Below, piece by piece: positions 9,477 through 18,423 of a DNA stretch of 64,000 nt. Source of the stretch: an uncultured Verrucomicrobiae bacterium (lineage in GTDB: Bacteria; Chlamydiota; Chlamydiia; Chlamydiales; Rhabdochlamydiaceae); the NCBI GenBank assembly GCA_963833965.1, contig CAWHZZ010000001.1, positions 520,274 to 584,273 of the forward strand, in the 5' to 3' direction. The position numbers and the translations under genes were made by a program. Numbering within the stretch: position 1 is the stretch's first letter; the number at the start of each line of letters is the position of its first letter. The notes beneath the pieces were generated by a model, which worked only from the letters and a program-made list of their open reading frames with translations, was not told the DNA's origin and made no database searches.

Positions 9477-10586
9477 ATGCAAATGTCAGAGCGATACCCG
9501 ATGTCGAGTTTTCCAAACGGTTGGTATGCGGTCTGCTCTCGATCCGAAATTCAAAAAGACAAAGTGATTTCGGTTAAGGCTCTTGGTAGAGAGCTTGTCG
9601 CCTTTCAAACTGAATCGGGAGCGATCAGCGTGCTCGATGCGCACTGTCCTCATCAGGGCGCCCATCTTGGCCATGGCGGAACCATTAAGGGGGAGACCAT
9701 TGAATGCCCTTTCCATAAATGGTGTTTCGACACAGCTGGAAAATGCCAAAAAATCCCCTACTGTGACTCTATCCCTAAGACAAAGAAAGCCCAAATCCAC
9801 GCGTACCCTATTCTTGAACGCCTAGGAAAAATCCTCATCTACTTTAGCAGTGACTATTCCGCTCCCACATGGGAAATTCCCCAGTTTGAAAATGACTTGA
9901 TCGGCGAGTGGACAGAGCCCACTTTCTCCGAACTGAGCTTCACCACCCATGTTCAAGAATTCGCGGAAAATGGATTTGATGTGGCCCATTTTAAGCCTGT
10001 TCATAGATCGGAAGAGAACAGCATTGAACTCGATAAAAAGCAGGCGTATGGTCCTCTTCTTTTTTTCGCCTTGAATCTGGTCTATCCCGGCAATGGCATG
10101 GGGAGGTTTGGGAGAAAAGTCTGTGTCCATGTCGAATGGAGGTTCAATGGGCTTGGAGTGTTCGACAATTTCGTCACCTTGCGCGATTACCCGATGCAGT
10201 TGCGCCAGTACTTTTTCATGACGCCAATTGATGGAGAAAAAGTGCGAGTCGAGGTCGCGCTTCGCGTCAATAAAGACAAGATCAAGCTTCCGGCGCCTTT
10301 GAGGTATTTAGTCCTTAAACTGATCGAAAAGCAAAACAGGAAGATCCTACTTCAAAACTTTGAAGAAGACCGCGCGATTTGGGAAAATAAAATTTTCCGC
10401 GGCCACCCACTGCTCGTCGACGGCGATGGACCTATCGGTTACCTCCGCACCTGGATGAAGCAGTTCTACACTCCCAGCAATGCTGTGCAAAGTGCTTTCG
10501 GGCCGAAACTGCAGACAGAAGAAATTTACTCTAACGAGAAATCGGGGATTCGAAACAAAGCGTTTCTTTTGTCACCGGATGCGTGA
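9477..10586 (+). CDS. Rieske [2Fe-2S] non-heme iron oxygenase (KshA / cholesterol 7-desaturase-like architecture)
   Basis: Rieske motif CPHQGAHLGHGGTIKGETIECPFHKW (C-X-H-X17-C-X2-H) and mononuclear iron motif DVAHFKPVH (D-X2-H-X4-H). The ATG at 9477 is preceded by GGAG. Confidence 0.8.
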   Translation: MQMSERYPMSSFPNGWYAVCSRSEIQKDKVISVKALGRELVAFQTESGAISVLDAHCPHQGAHLGHGGTIKGETIECPFHKWCFDTAGKCQKIPYCDSIPKTKKAQIHAYPILERLGKILIYFSSDYSAPTWEIPQFENDLIGEWTEPTFSELSFTTHVQEFAENGFDVAHFKPVHRSEENSIELDKKQAYGPLLFFALNLVYPGNGMGRFGRKVCVHVEWRFNGLGVFDNFVTLRDYPMQLRQYFFMTPIDGEKVRVEVALRVNKDKIKLPAPLRYLVLKLIEKQNRKILLQNFEEDRAIWENKIFRGHPLLVDGDGPIGYLRTWMKQFYTPSNAVQSAFGPKLQTEEIYSNEKSGIRNKAFLLSPDA

Positions 10587-11166
10587 ATTTCAGTTTTCCG
10601 TGGTGTAGAGCGATCTGATCTCTTTTCCAGGGCAGAGAGCTTCCATATTTTTCATCGCCTAAAATGGGATGGCCCATGGCGGCCAGTTGTGCGCGGATTT
10701 GATGGTAGCGCCCGGTTTCTAAACGAATTTCTAGAAGAGTTTTGCCATCTCTCTTGTCGATCTGCAAATAATACAAGCGGGCGAGTTTTGCCTGTGGGTG
10801 AGAAGAATTGACAACTTTTGCTTTATGCTCATCGTGGAACAAGTGGTGTTCCAGTATCGCTTCTTGCTGCAACAAATTTCCTTCCACCCAAGCAAAGTAA
10901 GTCTTCTCAATTCCTTTTTCACGCATCATTTCATTCAGGCGAGAAATAGCTTTGCTCGTCCTGGCAAAAAGCACAAGACCGCTCACCGGTTTGTCTAAGC
11001 GATGGACCGGTTCGAGAAAAACGTTGCCGGGTTTTTGAAATTCTTTTTTCAGCCAGGCTTTGGCCTGGTCGAGCAAATTGATCTGTTCGCCATCATGAGG
11101 CTGCGTGCTGACGCCTGCGGGTTTCAGAACAACGAGCAGATGATTGTCGCAAAAAACAATCTTCAT
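10531..11166 (-). CDS. RluA-family pseudouridine synthase
   Basis: Catalytic motif HRLDKPVSGLVLFARTSKA, followed by the C-terminal GRYHQIRAQLA. Confidence 0.85.
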   Translation of the reverse strand: MKIVFCDNHLLVVLKPAGVSTQPHDGEQINLLDQAKAWLKKEFQKPGNVFLEPVHRLDKPVSGLVLFARTSKAISRLNEMMREKGIEKTYFAWVEGNLLQQEAILEHHLFHDEHKAKVVNSSHPQAKLARLYYLQIDKRDGKTLLEIRLETGRYHQIRAQLAAMGHPILGDEKYGSSLPWKRDQIALHHGKLKFTHPVTKETLCFESPISR

Positions 11167-11963
11167 GTTCTTTGTCTCACCGCCTCATATAATAGAAGCG
11201 TGGTGGCAGTCGCGACATTGAGGGAATCGGCGACGCCGCGCATTGGAATGCGGACTTTAATGTCGGCGGCATTCATCCACTGCTCGGAAAGTCCAAGTTG
11301 TTCCGTGCCGACGGCAATCGCGATGCCCTCTTTAAGGTCGGCGCTTGTAAACTCCTGCTCTGCAGAGGGTGTCGCCGCGACGATTTTTATCTTTCTCTCT
11401 CTCAACCACTCCAATGTCTCTATACTCCCCGCTTCGACCACGGGAATCGTGAAGAGCGTGCCTACGCTTGCGCGCACGACGTTGGGATTATAAATATCGG
11501 TACAGCGGTCGCAGACGATGACACCGTCGACGCCTGCCGCATCGGCGGAGCGCAGGATCGTGCCCAAATTTCCTGGTTTTTCGATGGCTTCTGCGATGAT
11601 GAAGAAAGGATGCTTTTTGAAAGTAAGATCCTTCAGAGATTTTTGCATCTGCTTGGCAATGGCGAGCAACCCGTCGGGCCGGTCGCGGTAAGAAAGCTTC
11701 TGAAAAACATGGGGTTCGCATTGAAGAATTTCTGCGCCCTGGCCTTTTATTTTTTCAATCAGGGCGTTTTCATTTTCACCGAGAAAAAAATCGGGGCAAT
11801 AAAATAACATTGTGATCGTGGCCCCACAATCAGCGGCGCGTTTAAGCTCGCGGTAGCCCTCGATGAGAAAGAGGCCCGTCGTATTGCGCTCCTTGCGGTC
11901 TGTCAATTTGACAGCATGCTTGACTTTGGGGTTCTGCAGGCTAGTGATCATGAGGCCACTCAT
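11163..11963 (-). CDS. TrmH/SpoU-family RNA 2'-O-methyltransferase
   Basis: SpoU motifs GNLGTILRSADAAG, IAVGTEQLGLS and IPMRGVADSLNVATATTLLLYE. The start is set at the ATG at 11963, which forms an ATGA overlap with the stop of the upstream gene. Confidence 0.85.
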   Translation of the reverse strand: MSGLMITSLQNPKVKHAVKLTDRKERNTTGLFLIEGYRELKRAADCGATITMLFYCPDFFLGENENALIEKIKGQGAEILQCEPHVFQKLSYRDRPDGLLAIAKQMQKSLKDLTFKKHPFFIIAEAIEKPGNLGTILRSADAAGVDGVIVCDRCTDIYNPNVVRASVGTLFTIPVVEAGSIETLEWLRERKIKIVAATPSAEQEFTSADLKEGIAIAVGTEQLGLSEQWMNAADIKVRIPMRGVADSLNVATATTLLLYEAVRQRT

Positions 11964-12799
11964 TTCACAACCCATTTCACATAACTGCCGCTGGGAATCG
12001 GATTCCCGTTTTGCGACGGCAAGATCATCTCGCCCGTTTCCAGTCGTCCAGTTCGATTGCACATTGTTTGCTGCATCAGATGGCCCATCACGATGGGGGT
12101 CATTCCCGGCGTATGCGTTGTGAAATACAGAAAAAGAGGGTCTTCGGAGAGCAGTTCGCGGGATAGCTCGAGCAATTCATGGATGTCGCGCTCGATCTTA
12201 AAAACCTCTCCTTTGCTGCCGCGGCCGAAGCTCGGGGGATCGAGGATAATGCCTTCGTAACGCGTCCCCCGCTTGATCTCCCGTTTCAAAAATTTCACCG
12301 CGTCGTCAACGATCCAACGGATAGGCGCATCTTTGAGTTGATTATACGAGGCATTTTCGCGCGCCCACGCGACCATCCCCTTTGACGCATCGACGTGGCA
12401 GACGCGCGCTCCGGCCTGCGCTGCCGCCAAAGTGGCCCCGCCCGAGTAGGCGAAAAGATTGAGAATTTGAGGAGTTTTGCGGCAAGAGCGGATCGCCTGC
12501 TTCATGGAGTTCCAGAGCAAGCTGTGCTCTGGAAAAACGCCGAGATGGCCAAAATCAGTAAGAGAAATTTTGAAACGCACCCCTTCAATTTCTGAAAACC
12601 AACTTTCGGGTATTTTTTTTTTGAATTTCCAGCTGTTGCCCCCATCGCGAGAAAATGAAGCATCGGCACTATCCCAAGCAGCCTTTGAAAGGGAAGTGCG
12701 CCAAAGCGCTTGGGAACAAGGGCGTGCGATCACATACTCGCCGAATTGTTCTAATTTTAGCTGATCTCCGCTATCGAGGAGTAAATATTTCTCTTTCAT
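11960..12799 (-). CDS. Class I SAM-dependent RNA methyltransferase (RlmI/YwbD-like catalytic domain)
   Basis: Motifs LNLFAYSGGATLAAA and IILDPPSFGRG (DPPxF motif). It is the first gene of a three-gene translationally coupled operon. Confidence 0.8.
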   Translation of the reverse strand: MKEKYLLLDSGDQLKLEQFGEYVIARPCSQALWRTSLSKAAWDSADASFSRDGGNSWKFKKKIPESWFSEIEGVRFKISLTDFGHLGVFPEHSLLWNSMKQAIRSCRKTPQILNLFAYSGGATLAAAQAGARVCHVDASKGMVAWARENASYNQLKDAPIRWIVDDAVKFLKREIKRGTRYEGIILDPPSFGRGSKGEVFKIERDIHELLELSRELLSEDPLFLYFTTHTPGMTPIVMGHLMQQTMCNRTGRLETGEMILPSQNGNPIPSGSYVKWVVK

Positions 12800-12868
12800 A
12801 AGGTCACTATTTTAGCAGAAATAATCGATTATTTGATATAATTGTATGCTTTATATAGGAAAATTCAT

Positions 12869-13642
12869 ATGACAAATCCCATTCAAAGAACACAAAACAC
12901 TCAGCTCAATTACACGATGAACGTGGCTCCTTCTGTCCGTATTGCACCGAAGCAAAGGCCAACCGACTCTTTGAGGACAACGCAAAATGCCCAGGGCGGG
13001 TTTTCGTTTACCGCGATTTGGGATACTATTGTGAACTGTTTTACCTCCTGTTTTGGACGCTTTTTTAGCCGCACTCAGGCGCCAAGCAACACCCCCAAAG
13101 ATCAAATTGCGCAGATCGCCGCTCGCGATCATTTCGTGTGGTTCTATAAACAACAGGAAAATCCTCTCACCGCATTTTTAGGCAACTTTCATGCCTGCCC
13201 GGTATCTTATATGGGTTTCAATTTTCGATGCGCGGAAGCGGCTTACCAAGCAGCAAAATTTCATCCCGACCGGAGGATGATGCAGCGTTTCGAGAACCTC
13301 GATGGGGAAGCCGCGTTCCAATCCGCAAGGACCCTCACTCAGAGTTGGACACCCGTCCAAAGGAATCAATGGCAGCAAAACAGCCTTCGCATCATGCGCG
13401 AAGTTGTCCATGCGAAATTCTCCCAAAATGCCGACCTCGCAGAGCTGCTTCTTGCGACAGGGAATGCCTACCTCGTCGAACACACTCCTGTCCGAGGAAG
13501 GGATGCGTTTTGGGGAGACGATCACAACGGCACGGGACTAAATTGGCTCGGCCATATTGCGATGGAGACCCGTCGAACCTTGGGAGGGAGCCCTCCCGTC
13601 GCCAGAAATCAGCAGTACAACCAGTTTCTCTCAAGGCAATAA
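12869..13642 (+). CDS. NADAR (YbiA/DUF1768) domain protein with a roughly 90-aa N-terminal extension of unknown function
   Basis: Motifs FYKQQENPLTAFLGNFH...FNFRCAEAAYQAAKF...AELLLATGNAYLVEHTP...DAFWGDDHNGTGLNWLG match the NADAR fold signature. The ATG at 12869 is preceded by AGGAAA. Confidence 0.72.
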   Translation: MTNPIQRTQNTQLNYTMNVAPSVRIAPKQRPTDSLRTTQNAQGGFSFTAIWDTIVNCFTSCFGRFFSRTQAPSNTPKDQIAQIAARDHFVWFYKQQENPLTAFLGNFHACPVSYMGFNFRCAEAAYQAAKFHPDRRMMQRFENLDGEAAFQSARTLTQSWTPVQRNQWQQNSLRIMREVVHAKFSQNADLAELLLATGNAYLVEHTPVRGRDAFWGDDHNGTGLNWLGHIAMETRRTLGGSPPVARNQQYNQFLSRQ

Positions 13643-14869
13643 CGGAAACGCGGGAATCCCCTTCTCAACTTTTCGCCATAGAGCGCCCAAAAGTTTCTGG
13701 GAAGTCGACAGAGTGATCGTCTGGCGGCTGCCAAACGCTTGAAACGTGGCGACATCGGGAGATTTTCCCCGCTCGCCAATGGCCGCGCAGATCGTGCCCA
13801 CGGGTTTTTGCTCTGTTCCGCCGGAGGGACCCGCGATACCGGAGACCGCGATGGCAAAGTCTGCGCCGCTCTTTTGAAATACGCCCTCTAGCATTTCTCG
13901 AACGGCCTCTTCGCTGACAGCGCCATGAGAGTCGAGCGTTTTTTTGGAGACACCCAAGATTTTTTCCTTCATCGCATCGGAATAGACGACAAACGAGCCC
14001 AAAAAATAGGCCGAGGCCCCGGGAACAGAAGTGATGGCAGAGGAAATCATGCCGCCCGTGCACGATTCCGCAAAGGCCAGCGTTTTGTTGTGTTTGACGA
14101 ACCAATCTTGTACGGCCTCTTCGATTTTTCCGCTTTTTGCCGTGTAGCGGTAGTCGCTAAATTGCGAGGAGAGTTTTTTTTCAAAAGCTTCCAGCTGCTT
14201 TTTGTCGGAAGAATGCAATGCGACGCTTAGCGTTCCGTGGGCGGGATAGATGCCCGCTTCAACCGCAGGAAAACGCTCACTTAAAGCTCGCAAATGGGGA
14301 TCGATGAGGCTTTCATAGACAAGGCAGAAGAATAAGTGCGCGGATTCTTTTTTCTCTTTCACGGGAAACTTCTGCTGAGTGAGAGGCAGGATCTGGTCGA
14401 GGAACATCGGTTCCATTTCTTTGGGGACGCCGGGCATCAGGATCAGTGTTTTACCGTTGTCTGAAAAGACAAGGCCGGGCGCCGTTCCAATGCGATTGAG
14501 AAGGGGTTTGGCCTTTGTTGGAATCGTCGCCTGGTTTTCCACATCGACGCGCACATTTGCAAAGCGTCGCTTAATGTCATCGGCGACAACCTGATCAAAA
14601 TGAAAATCGGAATGGAAAAGCTCGGCGGCAATCTCTCGGGTCCGATCGTCGAGAGTGGGCCCGAGCCCGCCTGTCGCAATCATGAGGTCTGCCCGCTCCA
14701 TCGCCTCCCGAAGGCCGCGTTGAAGCGCATTGCGCTCATCAGGCAGAACGGTGTGGCGCGCGATCGCGTACCCTGCGAGCCGTAAATGGCGGCTGATAAA
14801 GGCGAGATTGGTGTTGAGGACAGAGCCTTTGAGCAACTCATCTCCGATGGAGATCAATTCTATGATCAT
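13631..14869 (-). CDS. cinA: CinA-family protein (MoCF-binding N-domain plus PncC-like nicotinamide-nucleotide amidase C-domain)
   Basis: N-terminal motif ELISIGDELLKGSVLNTN and C-terminal motifs ESCTGG and GIAGP. Confidence 0.88.
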   Translation of the reverse strand: MIIELISIGDELLKGSVLNTNLAFISRHLRLAGYAIARHTVLPDERNALQRGLREAMERADLMIATGGLGPTLDDRTREIAAELFHSDFHFDQVVADDIKRRFANVRVDVENQATIPTKAKPLLNRIGTAPGLVFSDNGKTLILMPGVPKEMEPMFLDQILPLTQQKFPVKEKKESAHLFFCLVYESLIDPHLRALSERFPAVEAGIYPAHGTLSVALHSSDKKQLEAFEKKLSSQFSDYRYTAKSGKIEEAVQDWFVKHNKTLAFAESCTGGMISSAITSVPGASAYFLGSFVVYSDAMKEKILGVSKKTLDSHGAVSEEAVREMLEGVFQKSGADFAIAVSGIAGPSGGTEQKPVGTICAAIGERGKSPDVATFQAFGSRQTITLSTSQKLLGALWRKVEKGIPAFPLLP

Positions 14870-15573
14870 GATTTTGCCAGTTCAAGAACTTCGATACCTC
14901 TCTGTTTTAACTGAGGATGATTTTTGATCCAAGCAAGAGATTGTTTGCCGATGCGGATCGGGGCGTTGACGCGGCTACCTTTCACTTGAAAGGGGGTAGG
15001 AAGTGTAAAGTTGCGCATCCATCGCAGAAGCTTCAAAAAGAGGGCGGAGTTGGGAAAATCGAGAGAATCGACCACTTTGATCACTTTTCGCGTGTGATGA
15101 TCTTGGAAGAGCTGCGGGTAAGAAATTTGGAGACCCCAAGAAATGCTCTCGGGGCTGAGCACCATCGGATGAAACTTTTTATCGAGATCGGAATAAAAGA
15201 AATGGTGGGCCTGCAGCTGAACGACAGGCCTGGTCGGTTTGATGAGAAATTTTCCCTCTCCTACGGCAATGGCGTAAAAACAATCCAGAGTGGTGGACAT
15301 AGCACAGGAAAACAAACGGCGGAATTCTTCAGAAGGAGGGACCTTCCCTTCTTTTAAAAGGGAAATGTAGTCGCTGTATTTTTCGAGGAAACCAGACGCC
15401 GAGATGACCCCTTCTTTCACGAGCTCACTGACGGGGATAAAATAAATGTTTCCCAAGCTCTCCAGCAACGCCCGCATCTCTTCGGCATCGAGCAAGACCT
15501 GCACCTTGGTCCACTTGGAAACTTGCAAGATGCCCTCTGTCTTCGGGGAGCTGATGCGGATCGGAAAACTCAT
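14866..15573 (-). CDS. Hypothetical protein (operon partner of lspA and cinA)
   Basis: 235-aa ORF with 4-nt overlaps to both neighbours. No motif recognised. Confidence 0.6.
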   Translation of the reverse strand: MSFPIRISSPKTEGILQVSKWTKVQVLLDAEEMRALLESLGNIYFIPVSELVKEGVISASGFLEKYSDYISLLKEGKVPPSEEFRRLFSCAMSTTLDCFYAIAVGEGKFLIKPTRPVVQLQAHHFFYSDLDKKFHPMVLSPESISWGLQISYPQLFQDHHTRKVIKVVDSLDFPNSALFLKLLRWMRNFTLPTPFQVKGSRVNAPIRIGKQSLAWIKNHPQLKQRGIEVLELAKS

Positions 15574-16094
15574 GTTCTGGAAGGCTCTTTTCGCCGGATC
15601 TTCCCAAGCAAAGCTTCACCGAGCAAGAGAACGATGCCCATGAAGATGGCGCTGTCGGCGATGTTGAAGACAGGATAAGAGTGCCCCCAAAATATAAAAT
15701 AGAACATATCGACGACATGGCCGTAGATAAAGTAATCGACGACATTGCCGAGCGCGCCTGTCGCAATCATCATCAGGCAAAATTTGCGGTAGCTGCTTGC
15801 TTTCACAAAGGAAAGATAGGTGAACAGACCGCCGATGATTGCGATGCGGGCATAGAGTAAATAAGTTTGAAAAGAGGAGAAGACTCCCCAGGCGGCGCCT
15901 TTATTCATCACGTGCACGATGGAAAAATCGATGCCATGCCATCCGCGGAAAACGGCAACTCCTCCATAAGGGTAGACAGGAGGGCACGCGTTGATCAGAG
16001 GAATCTGAAAATGGATATATGCCTTTAAAAAGGCATCGGCCATGAAGATGAAAATCGCGAATCCGATAAAAATGAAGGTCTTTTTCCAGTTCAC
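15570..16094 (-). CDS. lspA: Lipoprotein signal peptidase (signal peptidase II)
   Basis: Motifs NKGAAWG and FNIADSAI, with four hydrophobic segments. Confidence 0.9.
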   Translation of the reverse strand: MNWKKTFIFIGFAIFIFMADAFLKAYIHFQIPLINACPPVYPYGGVAVFRGWHGIDFSIVHVMNKGAAWGVFSSFQTYLLYARIAIIGGLFTYLSFVKASSYRKFCLMMIATGALGNVVDYFIYGHVVDMFYFIFWGHSYPVFNIADSAIFMGIVLLLGEALLGKIRRKEPSRT

Positions 16095-16095
16095 T

Positions 16096-16461
16096 TCAAA
16101 GTAGTCCCTTCTCGAGCTTTTCTTGCGCTTTGACGGTCATCGTCGCATAAGGGATCGCTTCCAAACGCGGCATGGGGATTTCCTCGCCGGTGATGTCGCA
16201 GATGCCGTAGGTCCCATCGTCGATCTTGTCCAAAGCGCGCTCGATTTGCCGAAGGATCCCGAATTCTTTGCTTGTCACTTCCAATGAAATGGTCCGGTTA
16301 AAGTCGTCCGTCCCCTCATCGGCCTGATGCTGAGAATATCCCTTGGTCTCATCGGTCGACTTGGCGTCCTCGCTTGTGTCGCGGATTAAATTGCTCATTT
16401 GGTCGCGCATCTCTTCCAACCGTTTTTTAAAACGAGCAACATCTGTCTTCTTTAATGCCAT
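16096..16461 (-). CDS. dksA: DksA/TraR-family regulator with a degenerate zinc finger
   Basis: Coiled-coil N-terminal part and a C-terminal GICDITGEEIPMPRLEAIPYATMTVKAQ. This aligns to CxxCGxxIxxxRLxAxPxAxxCxxC, but only one Cys is retained. Confidence 0.8.
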   Translation of the reverse strand: MALKKTDVARFKKRLEEMRDQMSNLIRDTSEDAKSTDETKGYSQHQADEGTDDFNRTISLEVTSKEFGILRQIERALDKIDDGTYGICDITGEEIPMPRLEAIPYATMTVKAQEKLEKGLL

Positions 16462-16470
16462 TTGTTGTTC

Positions 16471-16959
16471 CTATCCTTTATTTGAAAGTTCAATTTGCAA
16501 CTCTATTCCGTCCTTCGGATTAATATGTTCTATCGCATCCATGAGTTCATCGACGTCTTTGAAACGGCGATAGACGCACGCAAAGCGAATGTAGGCGATG
16601 GTGTCCAGCCCCTGCAAATGCTTCATCACGATTTCGCCGAGCTCTGAGGTCTTGACCTCCCTCACCTGATGCTCCATCAGATCAGAGGTGATCTTATAAG
16701 CAAGAGCCCTGACTTGATCATGGCTGATCCGCGTATGCCGGCAGGCAGCGTCAAGCCCGCGAATGAGCTTGTCCTGCCTAAAATCTTCATAGCGTCCATC
16801 CCGCTTTTGCACTTGGATCGTCAAATCGACCGTTTCAAACGTGGTGAAACGGCGCAAACATTTCAAGCATTCGCGCCGGCGCCGGACAGCGTTGCTCTCC
16901 GTGACGTTGCGCGAATCTGTGACCTTCAATTCCTCAGTGTTACAAAATGGACATCGCAT
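16471..16959 (-). CDS. nrdR: Transcriptional repressor NrdR
   Basis: The zinc ribbon MRCPFCNTEELKVTDSR...ECLKCLRRFTTFE is followed by an ATP-cone. The start is set at the MRCPFC methionine (16959). Confidence 0.9.
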   Translation of the reverse strand: MRCPFCNTEELKVTDSRNVTESNAVRRRRECLKCLRRFTTFETVDLTIQVQKRDGRYEDFRQDKLIRGLDAACRHTRISHDQVRALAYKITSDLMEHQVREVKTSELGEIVMKHLQGLDTIAYIRFACVYRRFKDVDELMDAIEHINPKDGIELQIELSNKG

Positions 16960-17059
16960 CGGGAACCTCATTGACGGAAAATTTTATATTTTCTAGTGCT
17001 TTTCTATACACTTTAAGTTTTTTTTGAAAGCAACTTCTAATTATCATAAAGTAAATTTT

Positions 17060-18214
17060 TTACTTAACATTTTTTTTCATCCTGCCAGCAAAACGGCTGA
17101 AATGGACCGCGAATGCCCCATTGCCAAAGACATTGGCGCAAGTGATGACCGGATCAAAAAGAATATAGAGGGCCGTGATCAGCGACATCATTTCGGCATT
17201 AAAGCCAAGGGAGCTCTCTAAAATCGGGAGCATCACGATGATTCCGCCTCCCGGAATCGCCGCGACAGAGAACTTCGCCATCACAAAGTAAAAGGCAAAC
17301 ACCAAATAAGCCAGAAATTCAGGTTGTGCAACCCCAAAATTCTTGAGCACGGCAAAGGCAAAAATCGGGATCGCAAAGCAATCGCCAATCAGGTGAATAT
17401 TGACCGTGGCAGGAACGACCGCACGGGCAATGTCGGGATCCTGAGAATTTTTCTCGGCACCGACGATTGTCAGCGGCATCGCTGCAGCGCTCGACATCGA
17501 ACCAAACCCCGCAATTCCCGCCGGGAGCATATTTTTGATGCTGGCGATCGTTTTCGGAAATTGGAATCGAGAGCCCAACCAATACAACAGTGCAATGTAA
17601 CCAAATAGCGCAGCCGCGATCACGAGGAAAATCTGCGCATAGTCCCGCAAAATCCCGCCAATAACCCCGTCATGGGAAAGCTTCATCGCAAATCCTGCGA
17701 TAAAAAGCGGCATGGCGAAAAGAATCCCCCGAAGCAAACATTGAACGCACTTGTCAAGAGGGCCAATAAATTTTTCCGCCAAGTTTTTTTTCATCAAAGA
17801 AAATGCCACCCCCAAAATCATCCCCCCAAACATCGCATGCGAGTTGGAGATCCATTTTGGCAGCAGAAAGTTCCAGGCGGGTTGCAGCCCCGCTTGGTCT
17901 TGCGGCATCACGATGGCAAGGTCAAAATGATGGACAAGAGCCCCAAAATGATAACTGATCATCGTCGACAAAAAGTTAGAGCAGCAGATCGCGGCCAATA
18001 AAACAAAGAGCAGCCGCGTCGCCGACTTCGCCAATTGCACAGCAGTCTTGAAAAGCAGCCCGAAAATCGCGGCGGGCAAGACAAACATGATGATCGACTT
18101 GATCGACAAGGCAATAGCGAAAAGCATCGATTGGACGTTTACAGGAATCCATGGATTCAACAACGAGGAACAGAGAATGACGCCCAATAAAATAAAAGGC
18201 ATTTTGTGAAACAT
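17060..18214 (-). CDS. Dicarboxylate/amino acid:cation symporter (DAACS family)
   Basis: Polytopic 384-aa protein with GSMSSAAAMPLT and VPATVNIHLIGD segments typical of the family. Confidence 0.82.
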   Translation of the reverse strand: MFHKMPFILLGVILCSSLLNPWIPVNVQSMLFAIALSIKSIIMFVLPAAIFGLLFKTAVQLAKSATRLLFVLLAAICCSNFLSTMISYHFGALVHHFDLAIVMPQDQAGLQPAWNFLLPKWISNSHAMFGGMILGVAFSLMKKNLAEKFIGPLDKCVQCLLRGILFAMPLFIAGFAMKLSHDGVIGGILRDYAQIFLVIAAALFGYIALLYWLGSRFQFPKTIASIKNMLPAGIAGFGSMSSAAAMPLTIVGAEKNSQDPDIARAVVPATVNIHLIGDCFAIPIFAFAVLKNFGVAQPEFLAYLVFAFYFVMAKFSVAAIPGGGIIVMLPILESSLGFNAEMMSLITALYILFDPVITCANVFGNGAFAVHFSRFAGRMKKNVK

Positions 18215-18423
18215 GAGTAGTTCTCCACGAGTTTTGGTTTAGAAAATTTAAAAAAATGAGGGAAACAAGGAGATATTACCGGCGGAAGCCGGTGGTCGTG
18301 GAGAAACGGACGGTCGTTGATACAGTCTTAACTACGAACATATATGTTCACTATAGCAAAAAACACATTTGTTGAGCATAATTATTCCTCTGTTCAAACA
18401 AATTCTTTAAAAAAGGAGCAATT

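Noticed and set aside
11964-12062. Longer N-terminus for the TrmH-family gene (start at 12062)
   Set aside because: It would overlap the upstream methyltransferase gene by 100 nt. The ATG at 11963 gives a classic ATGA coupling and a normal SpoU N-terminus.
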